DNA of 64,000 nucleotides from NCBI GenBank assembly GCA_051294375.1, contig CM119265.1, positions 9,744,339 through 9,808,338 of the forward strand. Direction: 5' to 3'. Under the pieces are notes generated by a model that had not been told where the DNA came from, ran no database searches, and saw only the letters and a program-made list of their open reading frames with translations. The position numbers and the translations under genes were made by a program. Shown here piece after piece: positions 1 to 14,122 of the stretch; the stretch's first letter is position 1; each line of letters begins with the position of its first letter. The DNA is from Paraspadella gotoi (lineage: Eukaryota > Animalia > Chaetognatha).

Positions 1-634
1 TCTGCGATTTTCCCGAATAAGAAACATACACGGATTTCAAATCTGAGCAATCAAGTTATCAAAAACTTTTTCACAGCCATAATGGCAGCCCTTTCCATTT
101 TATAGTTTATTTTAGTTAAAACTTATAGAAAATAAAATTTTCAGCTTTGAAAAAAAAATGGAAAAGAACATTGATCTGGCATACAACTGTTACCTCACTA
201 AACCTTGAAATATATTAATGAAAATTTTTTTTCATGCTCCCAAGACATTATTCTAACTAATGAATATAAAAGAAATTATAATATTTGTCACAATTTTTTT
301 TACAATGAGTTTAAAATTTAATTATCAAATAAGAAGCGAAAAATTCTACAAAAAAAGCTGCTGGAAAGCAAGCGCACCAGTTGTTATGATGTAAAGTATT
401 CTCAATTTGTTATATAGGAACATAAACGTCAAATATCAATTATATTGAGTCAGTTGAGAGTAATATCAAATATTTTAATTTCACTCCGTGTACATATCAA
501 AGAAAGAATGAAAATTACAAATACTGTTTAAAATAGAAAAAAGTAATCATTAATTAATGCTGATTTTGAGTATTGACATAAAGAAAAAATCCAGTTTTGA
601 TCTTAAATTCCTTGTTGGCGAAAGTTGGATTCGT

Positions 635-636
<2 letters not shown>

Positions 637-728
<92 letters not shown>
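637..728. repeat. (CT)n/(GA)n microsatellite, representative of dozens across the window (e.g. 2995-3050, 10779-10892, 13620-13730, 24837-24930, 25670-25785, 26327-26457, 28826-28948, 55718-55828)
   Basis: Direct reading. These tracts produce the poly-ER and poly-SL pseudo-ORFs. Confidence 0.98.
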
Positions 729-731
<3 letters not shown>

Positions 732-1082
732 TTCCGAGAACCGTATTTATTTGGATGATGCAACGTCTCTTGCTAATAGAATCATTCACGAACCAAGGAC
801 ACGTTTTATATTACTATTACACCTATAACTATATACACCTTTTAATCGTGTTTAGTTGGAAATAAGTTCGTTAATAAATCAAATCTTTTCAACTCGAGAA
901 ATTATACGCCTCGTTTCTCAAACAAAACAAAAAGGATTTTATATTTAAAAATTTTTTTTTCCTTTTTCTTTAAAAAACATGTTCCCGTTTTAATCATTAT
1001 TCCACGATTACATTATAGATCCTTGTCCTCCTACATTTTTGGTTTTTCCGATCTATTAATCTGCCAAGAAAAGAAATTTATT

Positions 1083-1155
1083 TCTATTGGTTGGAAAATT
1101 TAATAAGTTTGAGATGTGACAATCCAACTCTTGACTCTTGTCTCTCATTGGACGA
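1083..1155 (+). promoter_or_regulatory. Putative GS promoter: two reverse CCAAT (ATTGG) boxes in a CpG-rich patch
   Basis: CTATTGGTT (~1084) and TCATTGGAC (~1145) lie ~400-470 bp upstream of the ATG. A similar pair (GTCCAATCAG, GACCAATCAG) occurs at ~15053-15108 upstream of the PDZ gene. Motif-level evidence only. Confidence 0.35.
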
Positions 1156-1550
1156 GAGCGACGACGTCCCGCTTCTTTTGCCCGATTTTTTGAATCTTTA
1201 TCCTTGAATTTCGAGCGTTAAACCTCGACTTTCGCGAGAACCGTCACGCGAATTTGGATTGACGTTTTACTTTATTTTCTTTAATTGAGAAACATTTTAT
1301 AAGGATATTATATTCCTATATTTAAGAAAATAAAATCTCATCGAAACGGATGTTGCGATTAAGGTGACCTGAAGTTGAACGAACCAATTGTTTTCATTTG
1401 AGTTTTAAATTTAGGTAGGACGTTCGTCTAGACGATTAAAAAAAAACCGGTTCTCAAAAGGGCGAATTAAAACAAAGAAAATCAAAACCTTTCAACTTCC
1501 CTTCTATTCTTTAACGAAGAAAAAAAAAAAGGAAAACGAAAAAAACAAAA

Positions 1551-2989
1551 ATGAACATCGCGACGGACAAAACGGTGATGTCTCGCTACCGCGAGATCGA
1601 GCATGGCGACAAAGTCCTCGCCATGTACGTGTGGATCGACGGATCGGGTCAGAACCTCCGGTGCAAGACCCGAACGCTAGACTTTGAGCCCTCGGACCCG
1701 GACCAACTGCCCAAGTGGAACTTCGACGGTTCGTCGACGGGACAGGCGGAGGGGAGCAACTCGGACGTCAACCTCTACCCGGTGGCCATCTTCCGCGACC
1801 CGTTCCGCGGCGGTCGCAACAAGCTCGTCCTTTGCGAGACCTACGACTACCGCGACAAACCACAGGCCACCAATTACCGCTACCGTTGCAAGGGGCTCAT
1901 GGAACTGGCCAAGGATCAGCGGCCTTGGTTCGGGATCGAGCAGGAGTACACGTTGCTCGATATTGACGGACATCCGTTCGGTTGGCCCAAGAACGGATTC
2001 CCCGCTCCTCAGGGGCCCTACTACTGCGGGGTCGGGGCAAATAAGGTCTACGGGCGCGACATTGTCGAGGCGCACTACCAGGTGGGCGGTGGGTGCTGCT
2101 TATCATGCTCGACAAAAACTTTTTTTGATACATTTCCTTGCTCGATAGGTGTGCTCGACAATTGTTTTTCAGAATGATTATTCAATATTATAATACGAAT
2201 CATAATTATACTAAAGGAATAACAATGTCAAATAAGGACTGTTTTTCCGTTTCTCCTGCTCAGCTCCTCATCTTTGAATATTTTTAAATCTGATTTTAAA
2301 ATCATTATCATGACTTCGACCGCGATCTCATGATATGTCCTTGGGTTAATCAAACTCACAATTATCATATAAGCATTTTATTAATTTTAACAGAAATCAA
2401 TGGTCAATTTATTTCGAATGATAAAAAGTAAATGTTGAATAAAATTTAAATACCCTCGATGACTACGTAAAAAAGGCAAATGATAATTAATAATTATGCA
2501 GAAATAGTATTGTGTAATTCAATACTGATTCTGCGGCCAATTTTCCCACATCGTTCCTTCGAACGCCATCTCAACAAAACTCGCTTTGTATCTTGTCTCT
2601 CTTTTCAACATCCTCCACGAAAACCCCTTCCCAGGCCTGCCTCTACGCGGGCGTCATGATCTGCGGCTCCAACGCGGAGGTGATGCCCTCCCAGTGGGAA
2701 TACCAAGTCGGACCCTGCGAAGGCATCAGCGTCGGCGATCACCTCTGGATGTCACGCTTCATCCTTCATCGAGTCTGCGAGGATTTCGGCGTCGTCGCCA
2801 CTCTCGATCCCAAGCCCGTGACGGGCGACTGGAACGGCGCCGGGTGCCACACCAACTTCTCCACGGAGGCAATGAGGAAGGAGGGAGGGATCGAGGCCAT
2901 CCGTGCGGGGATTAAGAAGTTGGAAAAGAGGCACGATCACCATATTAGGGTTTACGATCCATTGGGTGAGAAGGAGTGGGAGAGAGAGT

Positions 2990-3053
<64 letters not shown>

Positions 3054-3455
3054 TAATATAAAAGAAGAAAACAAAGAAATAAAAACATAATTTGATTTCA
3101 GTCTCTCAGACTCAAGATTACTCGTGATATTTTTTAAAAAAATTTAATATACAATTATACAATATACATTAATTCCCTCCCTTTCCCCCGACCACAAGAC
3201 GGCCTCGACAACCGGCGCCGCCTGACGGGCCGTCACGAGACGGCGCGCTGGGATCAGTTCAGCTACGCGGTGGCGCACCGCGGCTCCTCCATCCGCATAC
3301 CGCGTCACGTGTCCGCCGAGGAGAAGGGTTACTTCGAGGATCGACGGCCCGCGTCCAATATGGACCCGTATCGCGTCGCCGGCGCCCTCGTCGCCACCGT
3401 CTGTTTGGACGAGACCGACGAGAAGCCGATCGAAATGCCCGAGTTTCCTGTATAA
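1551..3455 (+). CDS. GLUL: Glutamine synthetase II (eukaryotic type), 3 exons: 1551-2081, 2635-2965, 3199-3455; 372 aa
   Basis: GSII motifs are present: [98 protein letters not shown] introns (2082-2634 phase 0; 2966-3198 phase 1) join the exons in frame (HYQ|ACLYAG; [12 protein letters not shown]). The exons sum to 1119 nt. AATAAA overlaps the stop (3455-3460). Confidence 0.97.
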
Positions 3456-4363
3456 ATAAATTACAAAATTATAAAATTACAAATTTACAAAATTTATTTA
3501 AAAAAAAAATTATTCAGTAATCTTTATTAAAACCAATGTTGTTTAAATCCTCCAAAATTATGATTTTTTTTTACTTTTCTTTAAGGACCAATAAGAAAGG
3601 CTCAAAGCAAAAGGGCTTGAAGAGAAAAGGAGGCTGCGTCGTAGGAATCATCTTTCTCCAATTATTATCTTCATAAAATCTCTGACAGTGATTATCCGAG
3701 TCCCGTTAGTGTCATGTTATCACTCATTGCCCATCACTCTTTTGGTGTAGTTCGTTTTTTCACATTTGCTGCTTTTTTGTGGGGAACGAGTGAAATCGTT
3801 TGGCTAATACTACAAGCTGTGTTGGCCCACGAGGCGAGGCGGATTTAATTTAATGTTTGAAATCGTAAAGAAAATTGTGTATTACTAATATTACTATATT
3901 ATTATTAGTTTATTTGAGTTTTTCGAAATGTTCGATTTAAGTTTTAGCTGCTCTTCTGTTTGTTGAAAACATATTTTCCAACTAATGCGCCTCTATCCGA
4001 TTCATACATAAAACTTTCTAATACGCAAACAAAAAGCATGAAATAGCAACTCAAAAATTAAAAAAGTAATACTTTTAAGTATATTACGGTTTTTTCAAAA
4101 CGTTGAATGTTGCCAGAACGTTGAGCCAGAAATGAATGCGTTTAGTTGGCATCAAATTGATACGAACAAAAAACTTTAGCTTCATGAAATAACTACTCCA
4201 AATTTCTTTTTTGTAATTTTTTTTCGCTTTTTTTCTTATCTCCTTAATTCTTTCCCATTTCTTCCCCGTCATCTTCTTCTTCCTCTCCTCACTCGCAATA
4301 TTTGACGATGACAATCGACGACAAAACGTTTTTCCCGTCCAGCGATACTTATCCATTGTATTA

Positions 4364-4365
4364 AT

Positions 4366-4424
<59 letters not shown>

Positions 4425-4458
4425 TCTATTTATTTCTTTATTTCTTTATTTATTTTTT

Positions 4459-4505
<47 letters not shown>

Positions 4506-4515
4506 ATCTTTCTTT
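4364..4515. repeat. (TTTA)n followed by (TTTC)n microsatellite
   Basis: Direct reading. Confidence 0.95.
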
Positions 4516-5040
4516 ATAAAATATTCTGTCTTTCTTTATTTCTTTTTTTTCTTTCATTCTATTTTTTTTCATTTTCAGTAATTTTTCATTTCTTTCAAGA
4601 GAACAAAAACGAAAAAATAAAAATGAACTCGGGATCTCGGCTCTTATTTTGTTTTCATTCAATAGAAAAGAATTTGTTTCGACTAAAATTACTCTGCCAT
4701 CAGTATTTTTTTTTGGTTCTTCCTCAGTTTTAAAAACATTTCAGTAAAAAAGTTGATTTAAAAGAGATTGTATAATGTATAACCAAAATGGGAAAATATA
4801 ACTAAAGTACGTAACTACGTAAGTATTTAAAAAAAGTAAAGACAAATTCGCAAAAGTAACAAAAACTACGTATGTAATCAAGTAAAGAATAAATGATTTG
4901 TACGTCGGAACATTTCCGCTCGCTGGACCTAAGAGTTTAAGGTAAGATAAATGTGCAGAAAACGTTACCTTGTTTACATTTGCCAATTTAAAATCTTTAC
5001 TGCTCGCATGTGTTTTTGTGTTTTCTTTTTAAATCGTGAT

Positions 5041-5694
5041 TTTTAGTCGCATCTGCTTTCTGCAGATCCCGACTCTATAATTCACTTTGTCGGTCCATCG
5101 GTCTGCCCCCTCAATATTGTCGAGCACTATTTTATATCATGTCAGAACATCGAATTATGATAAATTATGCAAAAAAAACTATGTCCGTCCATCCGTCCGT
5201 CCCACCTTAGCAAAAAACACAAATTACTCGTGATTGGATGAATGGATTGGAATAAAATTTTGTATGTGGGTAGGGAAGTATGTGATTGAGCTGTATATGA
5301 AATTTTGATGGAATGATCCGAGTGGAAATGAGTTTAAATGTAAAAAACAAAAAAAATATATTTCACTATTTGAACATCAATCACTCATGAGTGGATGGGG
5401 CGATTGACTTGAAATTTTGTATTTGGGTAGAAAAGTGTGTGATTAAACTGGAAATCAAGTTTCGATGGAATCGTTTGAGTGGAAATGAGTTTAAATGAAA
5501 AAAACAAAGAACATATTTTACTAATTGATTATGCTTCTTTTTCTTTTTATTTTAAATGTAAATGCAAGATGTATTAATTAATCAAATAATAATTCAGTTA
5601 ATTAATCAATTAGTCAATTAATTAATCACTAATTAATTAATTACATAATTATAATTATCGTGGACAGATCCGACATTGTTTGCTCAAACTTGTT
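5041..5694 (+). mobile_element. Non-autonomous Helentron-associated element (HINE/DINE-1-like)
   Basis: 5' sub-terminal repeat GTCGCATCTGC (5046-5056) pairs with both GCAGATCCCGAC (5062-5073) and the 3' CAGATCCGAC (5665-5674). Also present: a CTCTATAA motif, a (GTCC)n tract at ~5183-5202, an internal ~155-bp tandem duplication (~5235-5520), and a 3' stem-loop GTTTG-CT-CAAAC followed by TTGTT. Flanks are T-rich with no TSD. Confidence 0.7.
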
Positions 5695-7440
5695 CTTTCC
5701 TCATCGGCTTTTAGTTATTTAAATGGCCTCGAGTTAATTCGGATCAATTAAAACGTTTGTTTTCATTGTAATGTTTTTGTTCTTTTATTTATTGTTTTTT
5801 TTCCTTATCCTTCTATCCGTTAGCACTTTAGTTTTCACTGTGATTTCAAGTAAAAATTTTATAATATATATTCTTCAATATACATTTACAAGAACGAAAT
5901 TAAATGATAAACAAAATTAGATGTTTTCTTCGTATTACAAATAATTATATTTTCATGACATAATCAGTATCTATCGTTATGTACAAAGTATAAAGATATA
6001 AAAAACTAAAATTACTCGACCCAATTCGAATGTTTGCTATAATTTCCCTCTTTTTCGTACATCAACGTCAAAGCCAAGATGAGAGTATCTCTTTTCGCTA
6101 AATCCACGTCAGACCCCGCGGGAGATATGTATCTTTTTTTTTCATTTTACTCTTAGATTTAAATTTCTCACAACGGCGCGAACGAAACTTTTGAAAAAGT
6201 CGCGAATACTTATCATTTTTCCTACTTTTTCTTTCTCACACAAAAAGTGAAGTTCGTTCCTCATGGCCTCGACTCTTTAAACCGACATGATATAGACCGA
6301 AATCGGACTGCGGCGCTCTTTCCCAATGCGTGGGTAAATTGCACAGTTGCAGAAATTCGCTTCTCATTTTGATTCTAGTTGTTTTTTTTTGCACAGTTGC
6401 AAAAAATTGAGTTGTAATTTCGAGATTCATTTTAATCTTGTCTCCAGAGGAGAGATTGACCAGATGAGATTGGCCTATTATTGTTTTTTTTTCTTTTTGC
6501 TGAATTTCTTATTTTATCCTACATATCCTCTTTGTTTTTTTTTACATTTCTCTTGTATCAAATAACCTTTAATTTTTTCAAAATAAATTTGGCTAATTCA
6601 TTTGTCGTTTTAAATTTTTTAAATTATTATTATTTCATTTCCATTTCAAACTCATTTCATCCCATTTTCCATCAATATCGCGTGACAAAAAGAAGAAAAA
6701 AAATTTGCATAAATTTCTTTCTCAATTTTAACTTTTTCTAACGTCCAGAAAAAAAAGAGGTGTTCGCATGGCATCAGCAATTGAGCATGAAAAGTTTCTG
6801 AGCGGCACGCGTCTCAGAGATTGACCCGATCCAGATCATGAGAACACTGACCAATTAAGCTATTCGGCATGTCGCGATCCCCAGTCAAATAATGGCCTCA
6901 TCATATATTCAATGATGTGTAATTTTTTTAACCTTTCGAAAATAAAATTGTCTTCTGTAAACAAAATTCAAGATCGCGAAATAAATTTCCCCTAAAATAA
7001 AAAAAAAACGATGGGAATAAATAAAAAAAATACTATCAATAAAAGGCGGAAACTCCCAACAAAAAACAATAACTTAATATTTCATTTTATGTTAGGTTCT
7101 CTCGATGATTAATCTTATTTCGCGAACAAAACAAATTTCATTGTCCAAAAAGTTAAGGAACGATGAGCGGCGACCCGGTTCGCTTTTTTCTCGCATTTAC
7201 ATAAATATGTCAAAAATGATGTTCAAAAATGAAAACATTTCACGTCGAAACCTTTTGACGTCACGGTTTTTAAAACTTCGCCAGCCCGGAAATGTTTTTG
7301 AAGTTTTTTTTTCTCCCGGGAAAAAATGTACAAGTCAGTTAACTTTGAATTGGTTATGGTTAGAGGTATTAATATCACGATAAATGAAATGTTCTAATCG
7401 TGATTATGAAACTATATATAATATCTATACTTTCTTCTCT

Positions 7441-7475
<35 letters not shown>

Positions 7476-7478
7476 TCT

Positions 7479-7542
<64 letters not shown>

Positions 7543-8116
7543 TTCTCTCTCTTTTCCTCTCATTTTGGATCATATTTTTTCTCCTGAAAGATCCCAGACT
7601 TTTGTATTTTATACGGATAGAGAAAAGAAATAAAGAAAGAAAGAAAGAAAAAAAAAGAAAGAAAGAGAGAAAAAAAGAAAGAAAGAAAAAGAAAGAAAGA
7701 AAGAAATTAAAAAAGAAGGAAAGAAAGAGTCGAGGTTGCAATCTCCGTCTGTCACCGATTATAGTCTTTCACAAAAATCCTGGGAATGTTGGAATTGCGC
7801 TAATCTTTTCTAACAAAAACCCTGGAGGAGGAAGAGGAGGAGGAAGAGGAGGTTTAACCCTCAAATCGCCCCCCCCCCACGACCCCCCTTAACCGCCCCC
7901 CCATCTATTTTTGAGAGGGACCTTGGATTCCATCAGCGACGATCCACGAAGGAATTTGACAAAGACTACGACGACGACGACGACCATTATGATCTTTGGG
8001 ACCGCGATGAAAAAAAAAAACAATAAATTATTTATCGGATTATAACGACGAGTTAAACAATAAATATAGATAATGTACAGAAAAAAAGAAATAAATATCG
8101 ATAAAAAATATCAATA

Positions 8117-8277
<161 letters not shown>

Positions 8278-9870
8278 AATTTACCTACAAGTTACAAAGT
8301 AAACGACGAAAAAAAAACCCGACGACATTTCTCGACCGAAGTCTCCCGAACTGACAACCCGACATCGTCGACCTCCATCGACGCTAATTTTCCGATGTTG
8401 ACGCAGCGATTAACCGCTTCTCGATAAACGTTTGTATTGACGACGACGACCAAACACTTACCCGTCCCAAATAACCTCACCCGCTTTGGAATCCCCACCC
8501 TGGACTTCCTTTAACCACTCAAAACCATTCCTGGTTCAATCATACTTCAATCAGGGCCAACAAGTCCACTTTTTTACCACCCTTCCACCAAACAGAGACC
8601 ACTCTTAACCACCTAACCTCCCGACCTAAAATATGAAACCAGTTTCCTTAGATCCTATATTTTGCTCTAAGCCTAAAGTGGGCACGCTTCGCTCACCTCG
8701 TCTGTTTGTTTGAGTGAAAGAAACAGAGAAGGTTTTGTTTTGAGGTGATGAACTGATGATCAGGGAGGTGACGAAACTATGATATTGACGTCATATGCAC
8801 TATGCAATATGTAATAAGCTAATATGCAAAGTCCGACATTGAAACAGATTTGAGAAACGTTTTTTTTTTTGTTTACATTTTGTTGATTCGTGGACTCTGG
8901 AAAAACCTATCTGGAATAGCAAGTTGTCTTCGATCAAACAAAAAGAACTCCTTCAATTTCAAAAATTGGTCTGTGATATCTTGAATAATCTTTTTTATGT
9001 ATCACAGAAAATCTAAGAAGCGAACTAAACTAAACTTAGCTTAACTTAAACTAAACTAAACTTAAGCTAAACTAAAACTTTTCGCTAGTCTAAACTTAAA
9101 CCTGTTTAAAACTATTATTATTAAAATGTTTTGCGCATTTTCTTTTTTGTTTTTTTTGTCTCTCTCTCTCCCTTCGACTTTTCAAAACCAAAGTCAGGAT
9201 TTCCGATTTCTACAATTTCGATTTTCGATTTTCGGAATTTCCTGATTTCCTTTCGCCTCAAAAGAAAAATCAGGATTCCGACTCTGGGTTGTTCCACTTT
9301 TCTCTTCTCTTCGGGGAATCGAAGAACTTTTCACCTCTCCTATTAACTATTTCAACTTTCCTCTTCTTTTCTAGTCTGCATTTTCTCTTCTCTATTTCGC
9401 CTTTTCTCTTCTCTGTTTTACCTTTTTTGTCGTCACTTCTTATTTTTTACTTTCCTATATTTTTCTTTCCTCTTCTATCCTCCTCTCTCTCTTCTCTTTT
9501 CTTTGTACTTTCCTTCGACTCTTCTACAATTTTCTCTCCTTAACTCTTCTTCTTCTCATCTCTTTTTCTGTATTACTTCTCTCCTGTTCATATCTATCCT
9601 TCTACAATCTTTTTTTTTCTTTTTTTCTCTTTTCTTATCTTTTCTTCTCTTTTCGATTCTCTCTCTTCTCTACTCTTCTTTTCTCTTTTAATTCTTTTGC
9701 TCTTTCTCTCTTCTCTTGCCATCTCTCTCGCTCCCAACGTTATCTCTTATTGACTCAGTTCGACGAAGCGGATCGTCACATCACAAAAACCCTAATCATC
9801 AGAATCCCTTCGATCACAAAGTTGCAATCCTCTCTCTTTATTCCGTTTATTTGACTTTCCTAATTTGAAT

Positions 9871-9932
<62 letters not shown>

Positions 9933-10142
9933 AGAGCGCAAACGAGCTATCAAACATCGACCCCATTTCAAAATTGTCACTTTTCCAAAATTCGTTCAGT
10001 TTTTGAGAAATTTCTTTCCCTTGTCATCGATCTTTCATGGAAGAAAAAAAGAAAGAAAAAAAATTACTATCGATTTTTCTCTCTTTGGTTGAGTCAGCTG
10101 ATGTGCGTGCGTGCTTTGAATATGACTCACGGCTGTAGGAGG

Positions 10143-10213
<71 letters not shown>

Positions 10214-10778
10214 GGAGAGTGAGAGTGAGAGTGAAAGTGAAAAAAAGAGAGAAGAGCAAAAAAATAAATGGTAAAGCGAAACAAATTGAGACAGAGAGAA
10301 AAAAGGAAAGATATTTAAAAAGAAAGAAAAAGATATATATATATATCACTATCTATTTTATATATATATATATATAGAAATAGAGAGAGAGAGAGAGAGA
10401 GAAAAGAAAGCCCAAAAAAGGGAAAAAAAAACAGAGAGAAAAAAACAGAGAGAGATGGAAGGAGGGAGAAAGACCAAAAGAGAAAACACAAAGGAAAGAA
10501 TGACAAAAAGAAAAGAGAATTGAAAAAGAAATCGAGATGGCATCTTCGCCCGGACCAAAGGACAGACAGAAAGACAGACCGACTGGGCGGAAAGCGCGCA
10601 CTCAAGGACTCAAGTCCAAGTAGGTCACATTCTCTCACGATTTCACGAAGAAAATTTTTTTTCTTCGCCAGATCGAAAACGGAGAACTTCGTGTCGGCGC
10701 GCGGTCGCACACTCTCACACTAGTATGTAAAAAAAACTATGCCTCACGAAATTACGCGAGAGTACACTCTCAATAAGT

Positions 10779-10896
<118 letters not shown>

Positions 10897-11465
10897 GATA
10901 TCTTTTGCGGTTTTTTTTACTTCTCTAGAATCGAGAGAGCGAGACACTTGTAATGGGAAGATTTTCAAGGAGCCAGAGATTTTCAGACGATGGAGGAACG
11001 AATGCGAGAATGGTTTTTTTTTTTCATCTTTAAAATACCTTATTTTACTCCTCTATGACTAAAAAAAAAATGGCAAATGGCCTAGTGTAATGATAATATT
11101 CACTCATGATTTTCATTGATATATTTAATACTTTTCCAATTTGCAATGTCCGCAATGATCCTTAATTGTTTGAATTTTATTTTTTGTTGCCATTAGTGCA
11201 ATTTTTCTTGCTCAATACTCATCGTTTAATCGTTTAATCTTCTTATTGTCTTAATTGTCAAATTGTCTTTTTTATTTCAAAAAAAAAAAAAAAATATATT
11301 TTACTCCTGATAATAACTTGAGAACAAGTTCGGGAAGAATCACGTGACCTTTCACAATTCACATTAAATTTTCGACTCGACAAGATTCGACGCAAGTTTC
11401 TTTTTTGCGAATCAAAAATTGGAATCAAATACAATTTTCGTTTTAAAATGTTCAGTTCCCTTTTT

Positions 11466-11768
11466 GGCCCTTTTTTCAAAAAATGTCCCATTTCATGTTA
11501 AATTCGGAATTAAATTACTTTTTTATATTTTGGATTAAGGAAGAGGTTAAGGACAAGGGTTAGGGATTAGGGTTAATGATTAGGATAGTGATTTGAGATT
11601 AAGGGATTAAGCATTTGGGTTATGATTAAAGATTATGGCGTTAAAGATTAGGTTAAGGTTATGGAGATTAAGGTTAGAGAACGGTTTCAGATTAGGTTTA
11701 AATATTAAAGCTAAAACTGATCAGAGGATCAACAAAGAGAAATGGAGCGCGTTTCAAAAAGAGAGCCC
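11466..11768 (+). mobile_element. MITE-like element with degenerate TIRs and internal TTAGGG-like repeats (copy 1)
   Basis: Ends GGCCCTTTTTTCAAAAAATGTCCCATTTC and GAAATGGAGCGCGTTTCAAAAAGAGAGCCC are imperfect inverted repeats. The interior carries GGGTTAGGGATTAGGGTTA and GATTAGGTTAAGGTT. Related to 25055-25361. Confidence 0.5.
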
Positions 11769-11974
11769 TACTATCTTTTTTCGCCCCGAAATTTTCCTCG
11801 ATTCGTCCTTCAGACGACGTCGGTCCTCCATTTTCTTTTTAATTTCTTTTTTTTTTTTCATCGAAAAAAAGATTAAATCGTTTCTCGTCCTTGACGGATT
11901 CCGAAACTCGATTCCACCGCCATCTGTCGGCCAGATTACAGGGAAACATTTTTAAATCCGCGATTCCCAGGATT

Positions 11975-12017
<43 letters not shown>

Positions 12018-12996
12018 CCGCTACTAGTTTTGTAAATCGCGTTGCCAACTCTTCACTTTAAATTTTACATTTTTTGGGAGCCTTTGACGTGAAATGTCGT
12101 TTCTCACTCAAATTTTTCGTTCAGCAAGTTACATTAAACATTTCGTACACAGAGTTAAATTATCATGAGCAAAAATAAAATGGATTATCATAATTATTAA
12201 TGTTTTAAAAGCGTCTTCGCTTTCATCCCCCTAAAATCTGAGTCAAACCGTATTTCCGATTTAAAAATTGATATTCGTGAAAACTACATAAAAGAAAACT
12301 AGATTCTTGTTCTCACATTTCGTGCTTATTGGCAAAGACTTTCCTCGATCATATATATATAATTATACATTCACCGACCGGCACAGCTGGATCGATAAGT
12401 TTATTTTTGTCACTTTTTTTGTGAAACAATTTTTTATGCCATGCAGCTGAAATGAAGCGATAAAGTCTTCACTTGGAGATGATTTATATCGAAGCATTAA
12501 TATTTCCCAGACAGCATCTTTTTCGGTCTCGGTACTCGCAAACGCCCACAGCGCGCCAGGAGGGAAAAGAAGGAACAAAAGAGTCTCCGAGGAAAAAAAA
12601 AGATCATCCGCGTCGGAAACTTTTTTTTTTAATCACTTTCGAAAAGAATTCGCTTTTTCGACTCACCCCGAGAAAGTTCACCGGAAAAATGCCAACTGCG
12701 CCTTTCCTGTTTGAATATCGAAGAAAAAAATAAGAATTTCCGATTCCCCAAAAAATCATACTTTTCTTTGGCATGTTTAATAATAAAAAAAAGTATAAAT
12801 TCTCAACGCTTTCGTGATAAGTTGATAAAATTGGTCGAATAACTAAAATAGTTGTACACCATAATCTTCTATTTAAACTTCATCGAATTGTTTAAATCGT
12901 TATGGGCTTTATCTACTTTTTTAAAATGTCAAAATTCTTGTCTTCTTTATCTTCCAAGGAGGATACAGTTTTTTTTCTCCCAAAAGACTTTAATGC

Positions 12997-13200
12997 TTCG
13001 GTTAATTCTTTGTTTATTTCTTAGATTTTGTTTCGAATGAGAAGGGGGGGAAGGTTATCCTTATCCTTGGACTATCTCTCTCTCTCTCTCTCTCTCTCAG
13101 AGAGATCTTCGTTAAATTCTTTGTTTATTTCTTAGATTTTGTTTCGAATGAGAAGGGGGGAAGGTTATCCTTATCCTTGGACTATCTCTCTCTCCTCTCT
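12997..13200 (+). repeat. ~100-bp direct duplication beside a 25-N gap
   Basis: TTCTTTGTTTATTTCTTAGATTTTGTTTCGAATGAGAAGGGGGG...CCTTGGACTATCTCTC occurs twice. Confidence 0.8.
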
Positions 13201-13227
13201 CTCTCTCTCTCCCTTCTCTCTCTCTCT

Positions 13228-13262
<35 letters not shown>

Positions 13263-13629
13263 CCTCCTACCTTCCCTCCTTCTTCTTGAAATCAAGATAA
13301 ATAATNNNNNNNNNNNNNNNNNNNNNNNNNAAAAAAAAAAAGGAAGAAAGTTTAAAACAAAAATAAACATCCTCCCTTCTTAACGAAACTCTAGGAAACT
13401 TTAAAAAAAGCTTAAAAACTTTTTTAAAAATTTTCTTCATTGCCCCGAAAATATCTCGAGGAAAAAAAGCGGAACGAACAAACAAGAACAAACTAAGAAA
13501 TAAACAAACATCAAAAGTAAACAAAAATTCCAAAAAGGTGATTATTAATTTTATTTTTTTCTCGGAAAGCAAAAAATTGGTTTTCTTCCAGGAGCTGTTA
13601 AGTTTGTGAGAAAATGGGAGGGAGGGAGG

Positions 13630-13712
<83 letters not shown>

Positions 13713-14025
13713 AGAGAGAGAGAGAGAGAGATTATCCAACTTTTCGAAAACTCTACCCTAAGGGGGCCAACGTAAAATTGGAATAAAAAATAGCGATTAA
13801 GATGGAAATTTTAACCATTTTTTTTTTCGTAATGCGAATAAAACCCATTTGATTTAATGGATTATAGTTTTAAATTTGAGAAGATGTGAGCGATAGAAAT
13901 AAATCCTTGGTTAACAAAAAAAAACTATCTTATCAAACAAAATTGTTTTATTGCATAATTTTTAAGTTAATACTAAGTTAAGGTAAGGTAATACACTTAA
14001 GTTAAGCTAATACACTTCGGTGCTG

Positions 14026-14122
<97 letters not shown>

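Noticed and set aside
550-865. Poly-ER, poly-SL, poly-KERK, poly-FVRS and N-spanning ORFs throughout the track
   Set aside because: They are translations of microsatellites or gaps that lack stop codons, with no coding signal.
1677-2148. Antisense and alternative-frame ORFs overlapping GS, PDZ and CBM14 exons
   Set aside because: Shadow ORFs caused by GC-rich codon usage.
2805-2826. TCCCAAGCCCG, resembling a twister L4 loop
   Set aside because: It encodes the conserved DPKP motif of GS, with no P4 stem or other twister elements.
8753-8785. Hammerhead-like CTGATGA TCA GGGAGG TGAC GAAAC
   Set aside because: It lacks the G that closes stem II, has no NUH triplet after the mini stem III, and has no stem I. 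At best a decayed relic.
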